Source: Selaginella moellendorffii (Eukaryota > Plantae > Lycopodiophyta). Taken from it: a stretch of DNA of 64,000 nucleotides. The notes beneath the pieces were generated by a model that saw only the letters and a list, made by a program, of their open reading frames with translations, ran no database searches and was not told where the DNA came from. The DNA is taken from contig NW_003314265.1 in NCBI RefSeq assembly GCF_000143415.4, forward strand, positions 324,405 to 388,404, in the 5' to 3' direction. The translations under genes were made by a program, and so were the position numbers. Each line of letters begins with the position of its first letter. Position 1 is the stretch's first letter. This document shows, one piece after another, positions 24,363-36,319 of this stretch.

Positions 24363-24585
24363 CTCGTCACCAAAATGCTGGAGAAGCTCGGGGATCCGGT
24401 AGATTTCCTTGTGTCATGCACTGAATTCTTCTAATCCCCTTTTGGCGCAGGCAGAGCTCCGGGCTAATGTGTTTGAGACGCCAATGCCTTTTCTCTCAGC
24501 GATCGGCAGCTGCAATGATCGAGCAATATCAAGGAAGCGTTTGTGATATGCGAGTGCTCTTATTTGCCGGAATCCAACGTTGTGT
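24363..24585 (+). pseudogene. Degenerate partial duplicate of the adjacent TON1 gene
   Basis: Shares blocks with 25364-25765 (caccaaaa.gctggagaagc, ttggcgc(ac)aggcagagctccgggc.aatgtgtttg, agacgccaatgccttttctctca, gctgcaatgatcgagcaa, gatatgcgagt, ttgccggaatccaac). The blocks are separated by deletions and frameshifts. Confidence 0.85.
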
Positions 24586-25187
24586 ACCACTTTCATTCTG
24601 AAATTTATTATTGTTTTCACAGAAAAAATCGAAATGTTTTTGTTTACAGTTGAGGTTGATGGCTCAGATCTCAGTTTCAAGCTATAACGTGACTGCACGT
24701 GAAATTTGTTTAGAAACTTTCGAGACATGTTTGATGAGTAAGAAACATTGCATCCCAAGACATTTCCAGGACACTTCATTTTCATGGCGAGCCATTTCTT
24801 GGAAAGTTTTTACACAAGCATTGGAAGCGTGAGTGTGAGGAATTTGCAGCCACAGAGTCATCTAATATCAGTCTCCAGGCACCAAGTCCGTATTTTCTCT
24901 GTTTTCATTGTCCCATTTAAACCCAATGGTTCATGCTGTGTAATTATCAGGATCTCAGTTCCGGATGGAGTCCAACAAGATCAAGCCCAAGATAAAACAA
25001 GAAGCAATTTGTGCCATACTTTGCGGCTGTAATATTTTTTCATGTTATTCCCAGGCAAAATCGATCTAACAAGAGGGTTCTTTTTGACATCCATCTTATA
25101 AGGCTTAGAATTTTGGAGAGGGCCGCGCGTAAGCAGAGCCCTCAACTTCCACAAATTACAAAGACCTAACTACGTCGTTATATTAAT

Positions 25188-25259
25188 GTGGCTGTAGTTT
25201 ACTGGTTAGAATTCCACGTTGTAGCCATGGAGACATGGGCTCGAATCCCAGCAGCCACA
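25188..25259 (+). tRNA. tRNA-His-derived gene with a GTA anticodon; probable pseudogene
   Basis: 72 nt GTGGCTG...CAGCCACA, nearly identical to plant tRNA-His(GUG). Anticodon 25221-25223 is GTA, there are mismatches in the anticodon and T stems, and a T-run terminator follows. Confidence 0.8.
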
Positions 25260-25324
25260 TTCTTTTTCGCTCCATGTTAACGCGCATTAATACAGGGCAG
25301 AATATACTAGGGTTTGGGTAAACA

Positions 25325-26107
25325 ATGGACGATGCCGCGCGGGAGCTCATGGAGCTCAAGGCGCTCATCACCAAAACGCTGGAGAAGCGCGGCGTCCTGG
25401 CCAGGATCCGGGTGAGTGCCTGTCGATTTCCCTGTGCCAGATCTGGGCCTGCATTGTGTGAATTCTTCTCATTCTCTTTGGCGCACAGGCAGAGCTCCGG
25501 GCCAATGTGTTTGCTGCCATCGAGGAGCAAGAGCGCGCCGATGGAGACGCCAATGCCTTTTCTCTCATCGGCGGCTGCAATGATCGAGCAAAGGACCTAC
25601 ACTCGTCTCAAGCCGGCAAGTGGAGAAGAAATTCTTTTGTTGTCCAAACTAATCCCCGGGTCCTTTCGATCAGGAAAGCTCTTGAGTGGCTTGATATGCG
25701 AGTATCTGGAGTGGTGCTCTCTCGATCGGACCCTCAAAATCTACTTGCCGGAATCCAACATCGTGAGTGGTTTTAATACCTCTTTCGTTGCTGTCTCACT
25801 GTCCCGATTTGTCCAGCCCAGAGGATTTTCCAGAGCTGAGCTCCAAGACAAGCTTGGATTGAATGGAACCGACGAGTCGTCTCCTCTTCTCCTAAAGATT
25901 CTAGACGAGTACCTAAAGCTCGAGGTAGATCACTGGCAAGTATCATGTCTTGCTAGTATTGTCTCTTGCTCTCGATCAAGCTTTTTGGTTTCTTACTGGA
26001 AATATTTCACGCAGAAACGAGGAGGAAGAGGCCAAGCGCTAAAGCAGCCATCGTCTAGCACTGGAGAATGTATAGAACAATTAAGGGGACTCAACATCGG
26101 CTCTTAG
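25325..26107 (+). CDS. TON1: TONNEAU1/FOP-family LisH protein (short form)
   Basis: MDDAARELMELKALITKTLEKRGVLARIR/AELRANVFAAIEE...GCNDRAKDLH...GKLLSGLICEYLEW...PLLLKILDEYLKLE. Confidence 0.88.
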   Translation: MDDAARELMELKALITKTLEKRGVLARIRVSACRFPCARSGPALCEFFSFSLAHRQSSGPMCLLPSRSKSAPMETPMPFLSSAAAMIEQRTYTRLKPASGEEILLLSKLIPGSFRSGKLLSGLICEYLEWCSLDRTLKIYLPESNIVSGFNTSFVAVSLSRFVQPRGFSRAELQDKLGLNGTDESSPLLLKILDEYLKLEVDHWQVSCLASIVSCSRSSFLVSYWKYFTQKRGGRGQALKQPSSSTGECIEQLRGLNIGS

Positions 26108-26339
26108 AAAGGTACGTAGCTCGATCAAAAACGAATTTTGCTTGACAACTTTCGCTTTTCTTGCAGCCTCTTACCTTTCTATGCTTGTACAATAAAGTGA
26201 GACACAGCCACACACAGCAGCAGCGTACTTATACTTTTCATTCGCTAGCTTGAATGTTTGTTTGTGATTCAATGGAAGGAAATTACAGCTCTCCATGGCA
26301 GTGGGAGGAACGAGACAACGCTGTGCTTGCCTGCCGCTA

Positions 26340-29548
<3,209 letters not shown>

Positions 29549-30298
29549 GCTTGATTCGCCTGGATGCCTGCATTTTCGGCCCGGGCGCCACTGTGAGGTG
29601 CAGCATTGATCGGGATTGCGAGAACCTTACCGAATCTAGGCCGCTGTCATCCGCGCCGAGGAGGAATTCGAAAAATTCCGAGCCGCTGGGGTGGGAGGGG
29701 GAGAGGAGGCGCTCCAGCGACTCGATCCGGGGCGAGCAATCGTTAGGCCGTCGACACTGGCGCGCGGATAAACCCTAGAAGTAGCAAAATGCATCTAGCA
29801 TAAACCCTAGATGGGAGAGAAATTGAAATCCTTGTCGAGGGAGGGACAATGTGGCCGCGATTATTAGGTCACCAATTTGGCTAGATCTCTATCCAGGAGG
29901 TCACCAGGAAAGAAGATCCTGGAGGAATTATTCTCGATCATAGCAGTCACAAATGTTTCCCTAGGACAAGATCTCTGGAAAATGTATATAAGTTTGCTAG
30001 CTAAGCTTGGCTTCATTCCCATTGACTGGTCAACGACTCTAGACTCCCAGTGTCCACTCGAGTTTTGGCGATGGTCATGGTCGGTCAACATCGAGTTTTC
30101 TTGCTAAAAAATCAAGGCCGATAGCGCTCTAGTTCTTGGGCAAACTCCTCTTGGGCGAGAGAATCACCGACAAAATTCCAGTTTCGAAGGTACGAGATAT
30201 CACTCCAACGCTCCCCTGGATTGGATTGGCGGGGCGCCAGTAGAAATGTAGCTCGGGAAGGCCGCCGCGCGGCATCCTCGATCGATTCCTCCACAAAA

Positions 30299-31666
30299 AT
30301 GGGGGCAAACTCTTCCAATCCATGCTGCTGCCGGGGAAGATCCGTGCTCGAGGCCACGGTGCTAGCGCTGTGCGTGGGCCTGGCCGTCCTCCCCTTCGCC
30401 GCCATTGGATTCTTCTCCCGCCCGGCGCTGATCTGGAAAATGGAGCTCGTCTTTGGCAGCGAGAGGATCTGGAGTAGCAGTGGTAGCAGCGGGTGGTATG
30501 GCAGGAACACCCCGCAGCGCTCACGGAACTTGGCGGCCCCGGCATTCGCAGATCTTGCGAGGAGCAGTAACTTCGTAAGTCATTGTCTCCCATCAAGTTC
30601 TAGAATATCTCTTTGTCTCACTCTCTCTCTCTCTCTCTCATGGTGATTTCTTCGTTTTCTCTAGAGTGTCAGGGAGCTCTTGCATCTGGATGCGCTCTTG
30701 AGCAAGGCCGCGTTTCGCAACAACACGGTGATCATCACCACCTCCAACCAGGCCTGGGCCGCCAAGGGAAACATGTTGGATATGTTCTTGGACAGCTTCC
30801 GCAAGGGCGAGGGGATCTCGTCGTTCCTGGATCATCTCCTCATTGTCTCGCTCGACAAGATCGCCCACGACCGCTGCGTCCGGATCCACAAGCTCTGCTT
30901 CGTGCTCAAGACCGACGGCATCGACTTCTCGGCCGAGAAGTTCTTCATGAGCGACGACTACCTGAAGATGATGTGGAGGAGAGTCCATTTCTTGGGCGTG
31001 GTTCTCCAGCTCGGCTACGACTTTGTCTTCTCGGTAAGCACCAAAGTTGCGATCTTTTTCTGGAGTTTTTGTCAAGCTCTCGATGATATTGTCTGGGAGT
31101 TTTTGTCATGCTCTCGATCTTTGTCTCGGAGTTTTTGTTCTTTCTAACACCAGTGGCGATTCCAGGACGCCGACATCTTGTGGTTTCGAGATCCTTTCAA
31201 GCACTTCCATCCGGGAGCCGACTTTGAGATAGCTTGCGATCAGTTCTACGGCAGCGCAGTGGATCTCCGGAACAAACCAAACGGCGGCTACGTCCATGTC
31301 CGATCGAACAACCGGACGGTGGCGTTCTACAAGTTTTGGCACGCTGCGCGGGTGTTGTTCCCGGGGAAGCACGATCAGGACGTGCTCAACGCCGTCAAGT
31401 ATACGGAGGGGTTTTGGAGTTTGGGATTGAAGATGCGGTTCCTGACCACGCAGTTCTTCGGGGGGTTCTGCCAAGTGAGCAGGGACCTGGAGGAGGTGTG
31501 CACCATGCACGCGAATTGCTGCACGGGGCTCCAGCGCAAGATCAATGATCTCAAGCTGGTGGTGGAGGACTGGGACGAGTTTGCGTCCATGACTGCGCAA
31601 GAGAAGCAGTTCAAAAGGATCTACTGGAGAGCCCCGCGGGAGTGCTTGCATTCGTTTGGATCATAG
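30299..31666 (+). CDS. Nucleotide-diphospho-sugar transferase family protein (GT77-like), type II membrane
   Basis: N-terminal TM, TVIITTSNQAWA, LDMFLDSFRKGEG, YLKMMWRR, DxD motif (S/DADILWFRDPF), HDQDVLN and CTMHANCC. Confidence 0.9.
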
Positions 31667-31888
31667 TAGCAATCGGGAAGAAAAAAACAACAAAACTATA
31701 CACTTTTAAAAAGTTGGTGAAAAAGGTAAAGTTTTTTAGGGTTCTTCCGAAAAAGACGGAAGGCCAAATACAAAAATATCAAAGTAGAATATTCTTAAAG
31801 GGTTAACTGGCAAAATTTGCAAGTTGCCCTAAACAAATTCTGGGTTTAAAATTTTTTAGGGCTTTGATGGGAGGACTGGCTAGCGGCA

Positions 31889-32910
31889 ATGGCCGCGGTT
31901 CGACCGACTATTTTGCTGCCGATTAGCCCAGTTCTTTCCTCCAAGAGGCTGCCCCTGCATTCTTCTTCGAAGATCCTCCACGAATTTTCAGTTGGATTGG
32001 CAGTAGCGTCCTCTCAGTCGATTCTCAATTGCAGGAAGGCTATGGCGGCAATGGCCGCAGGAGAGAACCCGGCAGTAATGGCTTCCAACCGGCCATTTGG
32101 AGTGCTCTTCGTGTGCTTGGGTACGATTTTCTCCTAGATTGAGCTGAAGCTTTTCTCGTTTACCAGGGAATATATGCCGCAGTCCATCCGCCGAGGCTGT
32201 GTTTAGATACATTGTTGAGAAAAGGGGATTGAGCTCTCGATTTAATATCGACTCGGCTGGAACTATTGACTATCACGAGGCAAGCTTTTCACGATCGCTC
32301 TGGTTGATTGTTTTTCTTTTGCTTGACGAGATTGTTTCTTCTTGTTGCAGGGCGATCCAGCAGATGCAAGGATGAAGGCAGCAGCTATCAAACGTGGAGT
32401 TTTGCTCACTTCGATTTCCAGGCCGATCAAACCATCCGATTTCGATGAGTTTGATCTCATCCTCGCGATGGACAAGAAGAACAAAGGTAGAGAATGCAAT
32501 TTTTCAGCTCTTCGTTCTTAGAAATCTCTCGTTACAGCCGATATCTTGAAGGCTTATACAATATGGAACAAAAACCAACCTTACGATGTGGACTCTAGAG
32601 ACAAGGTGAGCACGAAAACTTTCATTCGATCATCAACACCAAGGACGCTGGATCTTCGTTCTAAAAACTAAGACTTTTGCAGGTCAAACTCATGTGTTCT
32701 TACTGTCGAAAGAACGAAGCCACCGAGGTTCCCGATCCGTATTACGGTGGTCCTGCTGGTTTCGAAAAGGTTCTCGTTTGATTCATCGTTCCACTCACTG
32801 TTACTACCCTCTGTTTTCTTTTCCTTTTGCGTTGTCGTGATCGACAGGTGCTAGACCTCTTGGAGGATGCCTGCGAAGGCTTGCTAGATTCCATCATGGC
32901 GGCGAGCTAG
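31889..32910 (+). CDS. Low-molecular-weight protein tyrosine phosphatase, probably plastid-targeted
   Basis: P-loop VLFVCLGNICRSPSAE, IDSAGT, FDLILAMD and EVPDPYYGG, with a transit-like N-terminus. Confidence 0.92.
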
Positions 32911-33154
32911 ACGAATAATCTTTCAGAGACGCGAATATCCGGTGACGTCCTGTAGCCGTCGATTGAAGTAAAAGGCATCTCTCCCATCGTTGTCTGATAA
33001 GTTTCCACGATTCTTCTTTGGACTTACACTTTCTCGCTCGGTGGTGTTCCAGGTAGGGGTGTTTAGAGGAAGGCGAAGAGCGCGTAGTAAATAACGGCTT
33101 CTCGATTTCTTCAAATCAGGAAAAAGGAAAGGAAGTTTTACTTGGAACTCTCGA

Positions 33155-33559
33155 ATGGCTGCGACACTGGCTACTGCTGGATCACACAGTCTACTCAAGG
33201 CGAAGCTTGGAAGTTCTCCCTCTCCAGAACTTCTCGGGGTCTTCAAGAGGTTTGATGCTACTGCTGCTGCTAGGCTAGGATCTCGCGGGGCCGCCGTTGC
33301 GAGATCCTCGTCCTCCGAGTCTGTCCAGAGCGTGACGAAGAAGAAGAAGAAGAAGCTCCCCGATGCTGCTTGGCCGGTTCTCTTTTACAGAGACTGGGTG
33401 GAGAAGTACGGGAGCTCCAAGTTCCACGGGGAAGAAGAGGACGAGGACGAGGTAGTGAGAGTTGGAAGCTCCAGCGATGGCGATTCCCCTTCTCGGCAAA
33501 ATCTCAATGGCAGTTCTAGCGGCGATGAGCAGTCAAAGACGACCGGTGGAAAGATCTGA
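33155..33559 (+). CDS. Small hypothetical protein, possible plastid transit peptide
   Basis: 134 aa single ORF with an Ala/Ser-rich N-terminus, a WPVLFYRDWVEKYG core and an acidic/Ser tail. No family recognised. Confidence 0.45.
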   Translation: MAATLATAGSHSLLKAKLGSSPSPELLGVFKRFDATAAARLGSRGAAVARSSSSESVQSVTKKKKKKLPDAAWPVLFYRDWVEKYGSSKFHGEEEDEDEVVRVGSSSDGDSPSRQNLNGSSSGDEQSKTTGGKI

Positions 33560-33780
33560 GGGGTGAGTAACAAGAAAAAGAATAAGTTTTCTACTTCAAC
33601 ACTTTTAATAGCTTCCAGGAATCGTGCAACTCGTTTCAAATAAAAGTTGAAAGAGGGTCCCAAAGAACACGAGCTTCTTGTAAATTAACAAAAATCTATG
33701 ACTATTTGTAACCGTTGACTAGACGTTGACTACTCTTAATCCTCTCTTTGGGCAATTTAGGGTTAGAAGTAGCGCGAGAT

Positions 33781-34049
33781 ATGACGAGGGGGAAGCAGAA
33801 GATCGAGGCGCAGAAGCGCAATGCGGAGCGCAATCAAAAGCCCAAGGGATCACAGATCGAGGCGCGCGCCGCGGCTCTCAAGATAAACTGCCCAATCTGT
33901 AAGGTATAGAAGATAGATCTCGCTCGCTCTATCCACATTTCCACTTGTGGCAGTCGCAATTGGCCAATTACAACCAGCTGCGAGACCACTTCGCGTCAAA
34001 GCACCCTAAAGAGATTCCCCCGCCCGACACCACCCCAGCATCGTCGTGA
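33781..34049 (+). CDS. ZNF706/SERF(4F5)-like small C2H2 zinc-finger protein (two exons; absent from the ORF track)
   Basis: MTRGKQKIEAQKRNAERNQKPKGSQIEARAAALKINCPICK/SQLANYNQLRDHFASKHPKEIPPPDTTPASS*. Intron 33904-33953. Confidence 0.88.
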
Positions 34050-34508
34050 TTTCGCTCGCGCCCCCAAGAGAGATCCAGAGATTGGGACAAAACGCATCAC
34101 TTGGGTAAGTCCAAGCGCACAGGGAATGGAAAGAAGAAATTCTCTTCATTGGTTTTTGGGTGGGCTCATAAAAATTCGATCGGCTCTCTATCTTTCATCG
34201 TCTCCATCCGACCCTTTTTTTTTTTTTCCCACGAAGAACAGGCACGCCATGACAATGCAAAGTGAGAACTGACAAGTACGGGAAGAGTACGGCCGCGAGG
34301 GCAATCAACCCGAGCTTTGGAGATTTGGCAGGAGGAGCTGCAACATGGTTGCGCCGATGCCGTTCCATATGGATTAGGAAAAGCAAACTTCTAAGAATGC
34401 AAAGCGCGGCAATCAAATTAAAATGTGATGGGTTGCGTCGTGAAGGTCGACAGCTTCATCAACCTGATTCATCTTTATTTTTCTCAACCTCTTTACAACA
34501 TCTGGATT

Positions 34509-35702
34509 CTAAAACTTCAACACTTTGCCCGACTTTCCATCAGCTCCAAATTTCCAGTACTCGAAAGAGCCTTCAGCCAAGTTGTAGTAACCACCGTGGA
34601 GTTGGAGCTTGGCACTGCTTACTGCTTCCTTGACGAATGAGAAACGCAGAAGATTTACCAGTGAACCGTTCACAGAAGTCTGCGCATGGAAGTGGAAGGC
34701 GCTGTTTAGAAGACGTCTCTGTACAAGAACATTAACCAATTACCCTCTCGCATGTCCTGCACTTGTGCTGTAATGACGGATTCCTCCGAGTTGCTTCTAA
34801 GACCGCAGCTCGAGCCGGAATACCGATTTTTACCCAGTTATCAATGAACCTGAGGAAATTGCACTTCGGTAAAGCTTAGAAAGCATTCAGAAGTACCTCC
34901 ATCTCTTTGTGTTCTCTTTCAAAGTCATGAGGGCGTCTATACCTCCGCATCTGCTATGCCCAATCACCAGAATGTTCTCAACCTACAACCGAAACGCTGC
35001 TATCGCTCATCTTTCTCCTAGAAATGCTATACCTTGAGAACTCTTACTGCATACTCGAGAGCTGCACTCGTTCCAGGATAACCAGCCTGCAAGGAGGGTA
35101 TTTAACAGGAAGACAGGAAAACTTCGAAGGAATACCTGTTCCGGTGGAGGCACCATGTTGGCAATGTTCCGAACAACAAATGCTTCTCCTGGTCGAAAGT
35201 TCAGAATCGTCGTGGGACACACTCTTGAGTCGGAGCATGCAATAACCATGAACTAGTGAAAATATGACGATTAAAAAGTGAGGCCAGGAAATGTACCTTG
35301 GGATGTTGTCCAGCTGCTAGATTCTGATAGAAGCCTGGATTCCTTCTGAAAATTGTTGCTTGAGCGAGAATGAAAGCGCAGAGATTCGAGATCATACATA
35401 CTGATATACACTTTTGAATGTCTTGAAGCCTTGCTTAATTCTTTCAGCAGGTGTCTTCTTCTTAGTAGACCGTGGTTCCCACACTTTCTGCACACAATCA
35501 AAACCTGAAGCTTGGGAAAGCAACTTACAAATGGGCGCCAACACTTTCTGATGCTGTGCCCAGCTGAAGTGAGCCTCCTCCGCAACAACGATCTTCTCTC
35601 AACCTTTACGTCGACCTCATCACCGTCGGTGAAGGGGACGCAGCAGGAGAGAAGAGACCTCCTCCTGAAGACGACCCACACTTGGTCGCCTGAAGCTGAC
35701 AT
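34509..35702 (-). CDS. Beta-carbonic anhydrase; start uncertain
   Basis: [53 protein letters not shown] and LHGGYYN. Confidence 0.92.
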
Positions 35703-35880
35703 TGAAACGGTGGAACCCTAAACCCCAATTCCTGGAACCGGATAAGACTAGATTTGTTGGCCTGTTAGAGTATTACAATTTAGGTAATTTTACAATTTAT
35801 AAATATAAATAATATAGATTGTTAGGTAAAATTGTAAGAGTAAGGTTATATTTTACCTTAATAAAATATAGAGTTTAAAA

Positions 35881-36022
35881 AGAACATTCAGTGAATCTGG
35901 ACAGGTGGAGACACATTGACCAGGATCACGTGGATTAGAACCCTAAAATTGAAATTTTGTACGTAGAACATTCAGTGAATCTGGACAGGTGGAGATTCAG
36001 GGACCAGGATCACGTGGATTAG
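35881..36022. repeat. Direct repeat of about 58 bp (35881-35938 and 35965-36022), each copy containing a G-box
   Basis: agaacattcagtgaatctggacaggtggaga...gaccaggatCACGTGgattag occurs twice in the beta-CA/GH31 divergent intergenic region. Confidence 0.9.
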
Positions 36023-36319
36023 GGTTTGTGAAGAGGAAGAGATGAAGAAGTGCTGATCGATCGATTAGGCTAGCGTCGCGGCAAAATGGGTCAAAGTGGG
36101 CTTGTCGCGTGTCACAGGGAAGATCCATTATGTCTCGGGATTATCTATGGTCTGCAGATGTGGACTTTGAAGTGGCCAATTTGGCTATTTACTCGGTTTC
36201 TTCCCGTGTTCTTTATCTATTCCTTTCCATCGCGATCCACTCTATAAAAGCCAGCGATCACATTTGTAGCTACCATATAATTTTTCCCTCTCGTGATTGT
36301 TTTGTTTTTCTTGAGGAGA

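Noticed and set aside
34195-34416. Minus-strand ORF with a hydrophobic stretch (possible small secreted peptide)
   Set aside because: Runs through a poly(A/T) tract, lies in probable UTR space and has no family motif.
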